The notes: generated by a model not told the origin, from the sequence alone. 64,000 nucleotides of DNA from Bacteroidota bacterium (GCA_021323165.1 JAJTCJ010000003.1:4321-68320); one strand, 5' to 3'. Positions 41,301 through 49,944 are shown, counted from the first letter of the stretch. Translations and numbers: made by a program.

Positions 41301-43306
41301 AAGCCCATTTTTATCAGTTTAAAAATAATTCCTACCAGTATGTTAAGTATGAACGGCCTCTGAGAAGTTTCAGTTTTGTGAATGATATTAAAACTATTTT
41401 TTGCAGAAATGGAATACCACCCTATATTCCTACGTTTGATAACGTTTATAAAATAAACGGTGTTGTTAAATATGAATCCAGCTGGATGTATATGACACCA
41501 GGTATTGTACTGGCTGTAATTGATACAATTAATGGAAATCCAATGCTTAATTATGCAACTGGCTATCCTGGCAATGGGGGAAGTTATAGCAGTTATACAG
41601 GATATAATCCTCCGCGAAGTGAATTCGCTTTTGAGTATTTTGAAAGTCAGCCAGATACTTTGATCAATTTTATTCAGAATGTTATTCCTTCTGGTTCTTA
41701 TGTTTTAGGATACAGTCAGGGATATCAAAACATTTCATCCTTGCCTGCAGCTGTCCATAGTCAGTTTCAAACTCTTGGAGTTAACAGCAGTGCTATACCC
41801 GATTCTGTCCCATATATTTTCTGGGGGAGAAAAGGAATTACTCCAGGTTCAACTGTAACTGTTATCGGGGCTGCACCCGATTCTATTATTGAATTATATG
41901 GTTCAATCGAAACGAACTGGACCGAAGGTTTTATAGCTTCTCCTGAAATAGGTCCTGCTCAGAGCTGGGATTCTTTATCCTGGAGCTGGCATTCACTGGA
42001 AGGAATTGTAAATACAGACAGCATTGTAGTTCAATTGACAGGTATAAGATCAGATGGAACAGATTCTGTTCTGGCTGTTTTTAATGAAACACAGTTAGAT
42101 ATTTCTAATTTAGGATCTTATGTAAATGCTGTTCAATTTCCGAAGATCCGATTAACGGCTTACATGAGTGATGATGTTGTTCATACCGCGCCTCAACTGG
42201 ATCGCTGGCAGGTTATATATTCTCCTGTACCTGAAGCAACAATAAATCCGCTTGCCGGTTTTAATTTTACTGACTCACTTCAGCAGGGTGAAACAGCACA
42301 AGTTCTATTGCCAATACAAAATATTAGTGAATATACCTTTAATGATAGTTTATTGGTTACGTATTGGATCGAAGATGCTAACAGGATAAATCATCCTCTG
42401 CAGGATAAGATGAAAAAGAATTTGTTTGCTCCTTCAGAGGTTATTATTGATACGATAAGAGTTAATACTTCCGATTATCCGGGAAGTAATTATTTATGGA
42501 TCGAAGTCAACCCAACCGGTCAAACCCGATCGCAGCTGGAGCAGTATCATTTTAACAATATAACCAAGATTCCTTTCTACATTGATATTGACAAAATAAA
42601 TCCGCTTCTCGATGTCACATTTGACGGTATTCATATTTTAAATAATGATATTGTATCTGCAAAGCCTAATATTATAATTTCTTTGAAAGACGAAAATAAA
42701 TTCCTCGCTTTGAATGATACAAATGATTTTAAAGTTTTTCTAAAAGGCCCTTCATCTCCTGTCGCTCAGCGGATTTATTTTGGGAACACAATGTCATTTG
42801 AACCAGCTGTTTTACCAAATAATAGTTGCAGGATTAATTATACACCTGCCTTGTATCAGGATGGGAATTATCAGTTACTTGTTCAGGCTAAGGATAAATC
42901 GGATAATCAATCCGGAGCAATAGATTATAAAATTAGCTTTGAGGTGATTAACAGGTCTACGATAACGGAAGTAATGAATTATCCCAATCCATTCAGCACT
43001 TCCACGCGTTTTGTTTTTACACTAACAGGTTCAGAAGAACCGACAAACTTCAAAATTCAGATAATGACCATCACAGGTAAAGTTGTTCGTGAGATTTTTC
43101 AGGATGAACTTGGTCCTATTCATATCGGAAGAAATATTTCTGAATTTGCATGGGATGGGAAAGATGAATTCGGTGATCAGTTGGCCAATGGAGTTTATCT
43201 CTATCATGTGATCACACGTATTAATGGAAATGAAATTGAAAAGCGCGAAACCAGCGCTGATCAGTATTTCAAAAAAGGCTGGGGGAAAATGTATCTGATG
43301 AGATGA
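38306..43306 (+). CDS. peptidase C25 (gingipain-fold) PorU-like T9SS sortase-type protein, 1666 aa
   Basis: PorU-like N-terminus, His643 in FFGHASG (40232-40234), Cys674 in LANSCYAG (40325-40327), and a C-terminal Ig/CTD-like domain NYPNPFSTSTRFVFTL...GVYLYHV. Confidence 0.7.
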   Translation: MIKRLFSLCLLLFVFIGLRAQPYGNEWINYSQKYYKIKIAKNGIFRIDSLTLSSAGIDLNTIDPHHFQIFNKGIEQAIFIQGESDNVFNNGDFIEFYAEKNDGSLDTLLYKNTSFLPNPYYSLVNDTAVYFLTWNNSVAGSRMQQLADTSFSAYTPVDYFFKESIKDFHSSYFAGATDNVGGTDARYTAAEGWFDDENNVITPGQTIAYNNIINTSGRFLSGPDAIVKTVVVGASKNVLLPGADHRLAIEYGPSNSLLVDTLFKGYSSNRFIKSVPLTNLGNTFTDFKFTSVANAGFTSNRAAVSYIYVKYPHILDLENKSNFLFYLPDNTSASQSYLDLSGFISSGTSRLYDLTNGNRIDLVQSGSTFKVLVPNASNEKKCYITAESDVFNIASIEPVSANAEFTNFQTLNPDSAYVIITNKKLMSSADQYKVYRSNLAGGSHYVILADIDELYDQFAYGLVKSPLAIRGFADQLLDVSSTPPAGLFLLGKSIHLSDCRQDVNNYINCLVPSFGYPSSDNLLTAGLDGSVLSPAIPTGRLSAKTDGDVIMYLDKMKDYELLTSPEEWMKYILHFGGGTTIYEQSSFRTYLNRYKSIIEDVKFGGSVVKSFFKNSPAPITINSSDTLRDLINNGVAMLTFFGHASGSGFDQSIDDWSSYHPLPGRYPFLLANSCYAGDFHSTGESSSEVYTFQENNGVIGYLGSVGLGVPYTLDYFSTEFYKQISDLNYNKSVGSSIQKVIQALEPFALTQGDSLLRQTCYEMNLHGDPLLKIHGFDKPDYKISNNDVYFDQTSNDNTVTIYAIRKNLGMAVNDSIFTEVLRILPNGDTLTYLVRNSAPKFKDTISITIPIDFVNGIGLNKIQITLDRNLEVDESDETNNTTTLIDLLIVGGTIIPVYPYEFAIIPKDTVTLKATTANIFAPLTAYRFQFDTTDAFNSPLKDTIINSTGGVIEWHPDVTLTNNTVYYWRVSPDSTSPLNPFAWRESSFQYISQKKGWEQAHFYQFKNNSYQYVKYERPLRSFSFVNDIKTIFCRNGIPPYIPTFDNVYKINGVVKYESSWMYMTPGIVLAVIDTINGNPMLNYATGYPGNGGSYSSYTGYNPPRSEFAFEYFESQPDTLINFIQNVIPSGSYVLGYSQGYQNISSLPAAVHSQFQTLGVNSSAIPDSVPYIFWGRKGITPGSTVTVIGAAPDSIIELYGSIETNWTEGFIASPEIGPAQSWDSLSWSWHSLEGIVNTDSIVVQLTGIRSDGTDSVLAVFNETQLDISNLGSYVNAVQFPKIRLTAYMSDDVVHTAPQLDRWQVIYSPVPEATINPLAGFNFTDSLQQGETAQVLLPIQNISEYTFNDSLLVTYWIEDANRINHPLQDKMKKNLFAPSEVIIDTIRVNTSDYPGSNYLWIEVNPTGQTRSQLEQYHFNNITKIPFYIDIDKINPLLDVTFDGIHILNNDIVSAKPNIIISLKDENKFLALNDTNDFKVFLKGPSSPVAQRIYFGNTMSFEPAVLPNNSCRINYTPALYQDGNYQLLVQAKDKSDNQSGAIDYKISFEVINRSTITEVMNYPNPFSTSTRFVFTLTGSEEPTNFKIQIMTITGKVVREIFQDELGPIHIGRNISEFAWDGKDEFGDQLANGVYLYHVITRINGNEIEKRETSADQYFKKGWGKMYLMR

Positions 43307-43930
43307 TGAGAACTTTCGCTTTTACATCGCTGTTTTGTTTTCTCTTCTCTATAGGTTTTTCTCAATCGGTTTTTAAAAAAATCAAAAAGCTCTCACGACC
43401 AGAAAAATTTTGGGTCATAGCACATCCCTTCAAAGCAAAAAAAGCATTTCAAATTACCTCCCAGGTTATTGCTGATGTCGACTCGCTTAAAAAAACCAGC
43501 ACAAATTGGTTCCGATCTTAATGGAGGCAGATTAGATGCATTTAAACATTCATATTGGATAGCAATGCTATCAACTAAGATTGGAGTCAAACAATCGCTG
43601 AAGCTTGGTAAAGCTCATGAAAAAGGGAATTATCTTGAATTTAAAAAACACAGGTTAGAAGATTCTATCTTGCCTGATTCAGCTAGTTCTGCAATGGATC
43701 TTCATAATAACCAACAGGGTGTTGCTGCTTTAGGAAGGTGTGCTGTTCCGATAACTGATAAGAGTGTACAACAGGAAATTATGAAAGCGATCGAACAGGG
43801 GCACATGATGATAATTAAGAAAGACAAACTCGGAAATTATTTATATTGTGATGGTACTTTTATCGATACAAATGTGTGGGCAGGGAAATGGAATATTCCC
43901 AAATGCCTGATTCCCTCCGATAAGGACTAA
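43303..43930 (+). pseudogene. small secreted protein gene interrupted by a frameshift in an A7 tract
   Basis: ORF 43303..43521 (signal peptide) and ORF 43469..43930 join into one 208-aa protein if the A7 run at 43489-43495 is read as A6. The start overlaps the PorU-like stop (ATGA). Confidence 0.6.
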
Positions 43931-43947
43931 ACTTCTATCTTTACAAA

Positions 43948-45555
43948 ATGACATTTAAAAAATATCAGCTTTTATTACTTGCATGTTTGAGCGGAATATT
44001 ATTCGCTTTAGGTTGGTTCCCGAACGGAATGTTTCCTTTTCTTTTTGTTGCTTTTGTTCCTTTGCTTTTTGTTGAAGAATATTTTTTCAGGACCTCTTCA
44101 TTAAAGCCCCGCCTTCTTTTTTTATATACTTATATCGCTTTTTTTCTCTGGAATATTTTAACAACATGGTGGGTGAAGAATGCCTCTTTTGGAGGTGCGG
44201 CCATGGCAATTTTCTGCAATGCTCTTTTAATGTCAATCCCATTCCTGCTTTTTCATAGAACAAGAAAGCGAGTAGGGCTGAAATGGTCGTATGTTCTGTT
44301 TATCTGTTATTGGCTTTCTTTTGAATTTATTCACTCAAACTGGCAATTAAGCTGGTCCTGGCTTACACTCGGGAATGCATTCGCAGACGCAGCTTCAATT
44401 ATTCAATGGTATGAGTATACAGGTGTATTCGGAGGAAGTTTATGGATCCTGGTGATAAATGTTTTTATCTATGAATTTCTGAAGAATGTTAAATTACGTG
44501 CAAGGAAAGAAAATGTAAAAGATGTGCTGATCATTGCAATAGGATTAATACTGCCTGTTCTTTTTTCATTTATCATTTCGGTTACATGGAAAATGGACGA
44601 CACTGAATCGATACAGGTTGTTGCTGTCCAGCCGAACATTGATCCTTACAATGAAAAATTTGATGCTCCTTTTGAAATTCAGTTATCAAAGATGCTTGAA
44701 CTTGCTTCTCAAAAAATAGATCAGAATACTGATTATGTCCTGTTTCCTGAAACAGCTCTTACTGAAGAGATCTGGGAAAATAGGATCGAACAGAGTACAA
44801 GCATTCAGATCTTAAATTCTTTTCTGAAGAATTATCCTAAATTAAAAATTGTGATCGGTGCTTCCACTGCAAAATTCTATGAACCGGGTGAAGAACTTTC
44901 TGTTACTGCCAGGAAATTCACAATGCAGGATTCATATTATGATGCTTACAATACAGCACTTCAGCTCGATAATAAATCTGCTATGCAGATCTATCACAAA
45001 TCGAAGTTAGTACCCGGTGTAGAGCAGATGCCTTTTCCTTTTATTTTCAAACATCTGGAAAGTATTGCAATAGATCTTGGCGGAACAACAGGCAGCCTCG
45101 GAACTCAGGACGACAGGGAAGTTTTTGTTTCTCCTGATGGAAAGATAAAAACAGCACCGGTTGTCTGCTACGAAAGTGTATATGGTGAATATGTAACGGA
45201 ATACATTAAAAATGGTGCGGACTTCATTTCGATCATTACCAATGATGGCTGGTGGGGTGATACCCCCGGTTATAAGCAGCATTTGAAATACGGAAGACTT
45301 CGTGCAATAGAAACACGCAGGTGGATAGCACGATCCGCTAATACAGGAATTTCCTGTTTTATAAGCCCTCGTGGAGAAATTCAGCAGGCAACCAATTATT
45401 GGGTTCCGGCAGTGATTTCTCAGAAGATCTATCTCAATAAAGAAATGACTTTTTACACTCGTTTTGGAGATTATATTGCAAGAGCAGCTCTCTGCATAAG
45501 CATTGCTATGCTTTTATATGCCTTGATCTTAAAATTCAGAAAGATCAGAAAATAA
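43948..45555 (+). CDS. lnt: apolipoprotein N-acyltransferase
   Basis: N-terminal multi-TM domain plus a CN-hydrolase domain with LFPETAL (Glu), HKSKLVPGVE (Lys) and VCYESVYG (Cys). Confidence 0.9.
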   Translation: MTFKKYQLLLLACLSGILFALGWFPNGMFPFLFVAFVPLLFVEEYFFRTSSLKPRLLFLYTYIAFFLWNILTTWWVKNASFGGAAMAIFCNALLMSIPFLLFHRTRKRVGLKWSYVLFICYWLSFEFIHSNWQLSWSWLTLGNAFADAASIIQWYEYTGVFGGSLWILVINVFIYEFLKNVKLRARKENVKDVLIIAIGLILPVLFSFIISVTWKMDDTESIQVVAVQPNIDPYNEKFDAPFEIQLSKMLELASQKIDQNTDYVLFPETALTEEIWENRIEQSTSIQILNSFLKNYPKLKIVIGASTAKFYEPGEELSVTARKFTMQDSYYDAYNTALQLDNKSAMQIYHKSKLVPGVEQMPFPFIFKHLESIAIDLGGTTGSLGTQDDREVFVSPDGKIKTAPVVCYESVYGEYVTEYIKNGADFISIITNDGWWGDTPGYKQHLKYGRLRAIETRRWIARSANTGISCFISPRGEIQQATNYWVPAVISQKIYLNKEMTFYTRFGDYIARAALCISIAMLLYALILKFRKIRK

Positions 45556-45635
45556 GGTTTTCTTTTCCGAAACTTTTCCGGATCTTATTGGTTATTATTA
45601 TAGCAGGTCTGAAAGCCATAATTGCTAAAAAATAG

Positions 45636-45643
45636 TAATTTTG
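45636..45643 (+). promoter_or_regulatory. candidate -7 promoter box TAATTTTG
   Basis: Exact TAnnTTTG match 52 bp upstream of the lpdA ATG. Confidence 0.35.
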
Positions 45644-45694
45644 TGCCGCTTTGAGTCTAAAATCTCATAACTCAATCATTTATACCTTGTAATT

Positions 45695-47098
45695 ATGGAA
45701 AAATTTGATGTTACAGTAATTGGTTCCGGTCCGGGAGGATACGTTGCAGCTATCCGTTGTGCACAGCTTGGAATGAAAACTGCAATAATAGAGCGTTACA
45801 ATACACTTGGTGGAACCTGCCTGAATGTTGGGTGTATCCCATCTAAAGCTCTTCTTGATTCTTCAGAACACTATCATAATGCTACACATACTTTTACTGA
45901 GCATGGTATTGATGTTAAGGATGTAAAGGTAAATCTTAAGCAGATGATCAAGCGTAAAGCTGATGTTGTTAAGCAGACCTGTGATGGAATTAACTTTCTT
46001 ATGAAAAAGAATAAGATCACTGTTTTCAATGGACACGGTTCTTTTCAAAGTAAAAATATTATTGAGATCGCTTCAGCTGATGGTAAAAAAACTCAGATAG
46101 AATCAGCAAAAACAATTATAGCTACAGGCTCAAAACCTACGTCATTACCGGGAATTGAGATAGATAAAAAAAGAGTGATAACATCAACTGAGGCTCTTGA
46201 ACTCACAGAAGTTCCAAAGCACATGGTTATAATTGGTGGTGGAGTTATCGGACTTGAATTGGGTTCTGTTTATGCAAGATTAGGAGCGAAGGTATCTGTA
46301 GTAGAATTTACCGGTGGCATCATCAGTACAATGGATGCTGCTTTAGGAAAGGAATTACAAAAGAGCTTAAAGAAATTAGGATTCGAATTTTTCTTTAATC
46401 ATAAAGTAACGGGTGTAAGTTCAAAAGGCAAGGAAGTTACAGTTACAGCTGATAATTCTAAAGGGGAGAAAGTGGAAATCAAAGGTGATTATTGTCTTGT
46501 ATCAGTAGGAAGAAAACCTTACACAGATAATTTAGGATTGGATAAAGCAGGGGTGAAGATGGATAATCGCGGTAGAATTGAAACGGATGATCATCTGCAG
46601 ACCAATGTTTCTGGAATTTACGCGATCGGGGATGTTGTGAAGGGAGCAATGCTGGCTCATAAGGCTGAAGAAGAAGGCGTTTTTGTTGCAGAAACAATGG
46701 CCGGACAAAAGCCGCATATCAATTATAATTTAATTCCAGGTGTTGTTTATACTTGGCCTGAAGTTGCTGCTGTTGGTTTTACAGAAGAACAATTGAAGGA
46801 CCAGGGTAAAAAATATAAATCGGGAATGTTTCCTTTTAAGGCAAGTGGAAGAGCAAGAGCTTCAATGGATACAGATGGTTTCGTAAAAGTGCTGGCTGAT
46901 GAAACAACAGATGAGATTCTTGGTGTGCATATGATCGGGCCACGTGCAGCGGATATGATCGCAGAAGCAGTTGTTGCAATGGAATACCGTGCAAGTGCAG
47001 AAGATATTTCAAGAATGAGTCACGCTCATCCAACATTTACAGAAGCAATTAAAGAAGCTTGCCTAGATGCTACCGGAAAAAGAGCATTGCATATCTAA
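45695..47098 (+). CDS. lpdA: dihydrolipoyl dehydrogenase
   Basis: GSGPGGY FAD motif, redox disulfide GGTCLNVGCIPSK, and C-terminal HAHPTFTE. Confidence 0.95.
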   Translation: MEKFDVTVIGSGPGGYVAAIRCAQLGMKTAIIERYNTLGGTCLNVGCIPSKALLDSSEHYHNATHTFTEHGIDVKDVKVNLKQMIKRKADVVKQTCDGINFLMKKNKITVFNGHGSFQSKNIIEIASADGKKTQIESAKTIIATGSKPTSLPGIEIDKKRVITSTEALELTEVPKHMVIIGGGVIGLELGSVYARLGAKVSVVEFTGGIISTMDAALGKELQKSLKKLGFEFFFNHKVTGVSSKGKEVTVTADNSKGEKVEIKGDYCLVSVGRKPYTDNLGLDKAGVKMDNRGRIETDDHLQTNVSGIYAIGDVVKGAMLAHKAEEEGVFVAETMAGQKPHINYNLIPGVVYTWPEVAAVGFTEEQLKDQGKKYKSGMFPFKASGRARASMDTDGFVKVLADETTDEILGVHMIGPRAADMIAEAVVAMEYRASAEDISRMSHAHPTFTEAIKEACLDATGKRALHI

Positions 47099-47102
47099 AT
47101 TC

Positions 47103-47305
47103 AACACAGGGTTCACAGAGTTTTATGAGTTTCACAGAGAAAGAGTATAATAAGTTATCTGGAGGTATAATTGATGCGTGTATTGAACTGGTCAACTTTA
47201 ATGTTCCTCTTTTAACTCAGGGAATTCGAAGAAAAATTAATGGATATTTAAATAATTAAAATTTTAAATACTGTGTAACTCTGTTTACTCTGAGTTCTCT
47301 GTGTT
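47103..47305. repeat. imperfect inverted-repeat element built from CACAGAG-type heptamers
   Basis: The left arm 47103-47140 (AACACAGGGTTCACAGAG...CACAGAGA) aligns with the reverse complement of 47270-47305 at about 24 of 35 positions. The outermost AACACAG / CTGTGTT are exact. Confidence 0.55.
47125..47259 (+). pseudogene. internally deleted GxxExxY-family (PD-(D/E)XK-like) mini-ORF, 44 codons
   Basis: MSFTEKEYNKLSGGIIDACIE resembles the family N-terminus and LVNFNVPLLTQGIRRKING resembles its C-terminus. The ~80-aa middle, including GxxExxY, is missing. Confidence 0.4.
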
Positions 47306-47312
47306 AAAGCGA

Positions 47313-48329
47313 ATGAAAACAGGCGTACTCCTAATAAATCTCGGCACACCCGACAGTCCTAAAACTTCGGATGTCCGAAAATACCTTACTCAGTTCCTGA
47401 ATGATCCACGTGTGATCGATATCAGCCCTGTAGGGAGATTCATTCTCGTAAATGGTATCATTGTTCCTTTTCGTTCATCAAAGTCTGCAAAGCTGTATGA
47501 GAAGATCTGGACGAATGAAGGATCTCCTTTGTTAACTAACAGTATTAAATTAAAGGATAAACTACAGAATGAATTAGGAGATAAGTTTCTTGTGGAATTA
47601 GGTATGCGTTATCAAAGTCCGAGTATAGAATCCGCGTTGGACAAACTCCGCGCTGCCCAGGTTTCAAAGATCATTATGATACCGCTTTATCCTCAGTACG
47701 CTTCTTCAAGTACGGGTTCTTCAATAGAAGAAGTCATGCGGGTAATAAGTAAGTGGGAAGTAATTCCATCCGTTAAGATCATTTCGAAATTTTATGATAA
47801 TCCTGATTTTATTGATGCATGTGTTGACAGAGCTCAAAAGTATGATCTCAACTCTTATGATCATTTTATTTTTTCTTATCACGGATTACCGGAGAGGCAT
47901 ATAATGAAAGGTTCAGCTCATTATGGTGGCGATACCTGTAAAGTGGGCAGCTGCTGCGAGGTGATCACAAAGCGAAATCAGTATTGTTATCGTGCGAATT
48001 GTTTCGAAACAACACGACAGTTAGTAAAGCGATTGAACATTCCGGAAGGAAAATATACCACTACATTTCAATCCCGCTTAAATGATAAATGGATAAAACC
48101 ATACAGCGATAAAGTTGTTGAAGAAAAGGCGAAAGAAGGAATGAAGAACATTCTTGTATTTTCTCCGGCATTTGTTGCGGATTGTCTGGAAACCATCTAT
48201 GAAATAGGAACTGAATATCAGGAAATATTCAAAGAGCATGGAGGTGATAAGATCCAGCTTGTTGAGAGTTTGAATGATTCTCATGTTTGGATTAACGCAT
48301 TAAAGAACATGGTTATAAGTCACGATTAA
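47313..48329 (+). CDS. hemH: ferrochelatase
   Basis: GVLLINLGTPDSP, LYPQYASSSTGS and FSYHGLPERH motifs. ATG 47313 preferred, because GTG 47301 lies inside the inverted repeat. Confidence 0.9.
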   Translation: MKTGVLLINLGTPDSPKTSDVRKYLTQFLNDPRVIDISPVGRFILVNGIIVPFRSSKSAKLYEKIWTNEGSPLLTNSIKLKDKLQNELGDKFLVELGMRYQSPSIESALDKLRAAQVSKIIMIPLYPQYASSSTGSSIEEVMRVISKWEVIPSVKIISKFYDNPDFIDACVDRAQKYDLNSYDHFIFSYHGLPERHIMKGSAHYGGDTCKVGSCCEVITKRNQYCYRANCFETTRQLVKRLNIPEGKYTTTFQSRLNDKWIKPYSDKVVEEKAKEGMKNILVFSPAFVADCLETIYEIGTEYQEIFKEHGGDKIQLVESLNDSHVWINALKNMVISHD

Positions 48330-48371
48330 TATTATACTCAAATACGCACAGACCACACAAATAGCCAAAAG

Positions 48372-48408
48372 AAAAGCTCTGCATGTTTTGCAGAGCTTTC
48401 TTTTTTTC
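48372..48408 (+). terminator. rho-independent terminator downstream of hemH
   Basis: 8-bp stem GCTCTGCA / TGCAGAGC (48376-48383 / 48389-48396) followed by a CT7 run. Confidence 0.75.
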
Positions 48409-48419
48409 AATAAGCGATA

Positions 48420-49310
48420 TTACCCTTCTTTTGTTGGCAAAATAATGCTATTTCTGATAGTCGTAATTTTACCGGTTAGATCCTTAAGTACGTCATCTGA
48501 TACAGTTAAAGGTTCAATGTTTTTTGTGTTTTTTACTGAAGAGTCTGAAAATTTCATGTCTATTTTATCATAGGTGGTTTTCAGGTCAGTAAGCTGAGCA
48601 AGGAGGGTTTCTATCCCTTTTTTGTCCTTATAATCAGGTAACAGTTCTAATAAGGTTTTTAAAAAAAGCTTTTGAATGCCTAAGAGCTGAACCAGCTCGG
48701 GGTTGTTGGCTTTCTCATTGCTTTTTAAGGTAAGGTAAAGCCCTTCTATATAACTTCCTGCAAAAATTAAATAAGCATCATCGCTTCTGTTACTTTCAAC
48801 TAGATTTTTACGAATATTATTAAACGAACTTAAGGTATAGAAAGTAACAGAATCTTTATTGTTAATCAAGTTTTTGAACTCCTTAACGAGTGCAGGGTGA
48901 ACATGACCTAAAAATTTCAGTTCATCAGCAAGCTTTAAGGAATTTGTAAAATAATTTAATGAGGTTTGTCCCTGGTCATATACATTCGCATAACCAAGGT
49001 CAACCGCAAATATTCCAAGAACAACCGTTTGATGAAAGGAAGAAATGTTTTCCGTTTTCAAGGGACATAATAATTCTTCCCTGAAGGGTGCTTTCGATTT
49101 TTTTATTGCAGTTGCAATCTGCATGGGTGCAGGCAAGCTATACACTGTGGTAGTAAGTACACTGTCTTTATTTCCGGTTAAAGAATCCGAATTTTGTGTT
49201 TGGCTTTCCTGGGTTTTATCTTTTGAATTCTCGTTGCCGCAAGATTCTAAAATAAGTGTTAGGATAAGCAGGGTTAAAATATTTTTTAGAGGCTGAAAAT
49301 TTGTTGACAT
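48420..49310 (-). CDS. hypothetical lipoprotein
   Basis: Lipobox LILESCGN, then a Ser/Thr/Gln-rich linker and a helical domain. Confidence 0.6.
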   Translation of the reverse strand: MSTNFQPLKNILTLLILTLILESCGNENSKDKTQESQTQNSDSLTGNKDSVLTTTVYSLPAPMQIATAIKKSKAPFREELLCPLKTENISSFHQTVVLGIFAVDLGYANVYDQGQTSLNYFTNSLKLADELKFLGHVHPALVKEFKNLINNKDSVTFYTLSSFNNIRKNLVESNRSDDAYLIFAGSYIEGLYLTLKSNEKANNPELVQLLGIQKLFLKTLLELLPDYKDKKGIETLLAQLTDLKTTYDKIDMKFSDSSVKNTKNIEPLTVSDDVLKDLTGKITTIRNSIILPTKEG

Positions 49311-49379
49311 AAAAAGTTTTTAGTGTTGTATGAGAAAGCAAAAAACATTATTCAGAGTGTTTTTACTTTAATAAATTTG

Positions 49380-49706
49380 TTAGCCTCCTACTGCCCAGTT
49401 AGCGGAAGATCCATGGCCGAGTTGTGTATTTGGCTTTGTTGTACTCATGACAATTTGAGGTGCGCTCGGGCAGTTGCTCGCATCCGCATTATATTGTGAA
49501 ATGCAACTTTGAATAAGACCTGGATTAGCATTAGTTTTAGCGTATAGATACATTGTGTTGTTTGGCCCATCGATAAACTGATGATCTATCTCATGAGAGA
49601 GCAAGCAATCGGATAAGGATATCATACTTGTTCCATAACAATCCTGGGCAAAATAGTTAACCTGAATTGAGGTTAAGATAACAGTTAAAATCACTATTTT
49701 TTTCAT
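49380..49706 (-). CDS. small secreted four-Cys protein
   Basis: 108 aa with a signal peptide ending FAQ, 4 Cys in the mature part, an HEIDH motif, and a C-terminus AVGG. Confidence 0.5.
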   Translation of the reverse strand: MKKIVILTVILTSIQVNYFAQDCYGTSMISLSDCLLSHEIDHQFIDGPNNTMYLYAKTNANPGLIQSCISQYNADASNCPSAPQIVMSTTKPNTQLGHGSSANWAVGG

Positions 49707-49891
49707 GTTTGTTCCTCCTGATTTAGAATTGATTAATAAAAACTTTTATGATTTGAATTAAACGGACTTTATTGCTTGAAGCAGAATTTATCCATTTTGT
49801 ATACCAAATATATAATTAATATTGAAGCACCCAAAATTTTCAGTGTTTAAATCGATCGATAATTTTATTCTTTGAAGCGAATCGCTTAAAT

Positions 49892-49928
49892 AAAAAAACC
49901 TGCTGTAATTTACAGCAGGTTTTTTTTA
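49892..49928 (-). terminator. rho-independent terminator downstream of the 1594-aa gene
   Basis: 10-bp perfect stem ACCTGCTGTA / TACAGCAGGT (49898-49907 / 49911-49920) flanked by A7 and T8. Confidence 0.8.
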
Positions 49929-49944
49929 TAAAGATATTTTATGT

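Noticed and set aside
43948-45555. Idea that lnt is functionally tied to the GT2 genes, as in the mycobacterial Ppm1 Lnt-GT2 fusion, or to the PorU-like module
   Set aside because: lnt is a stand-alone housekeeping gene with its own 17-bp spacer, and no GT2 gene is adjacent. The association is not supported by anything in the sequence.
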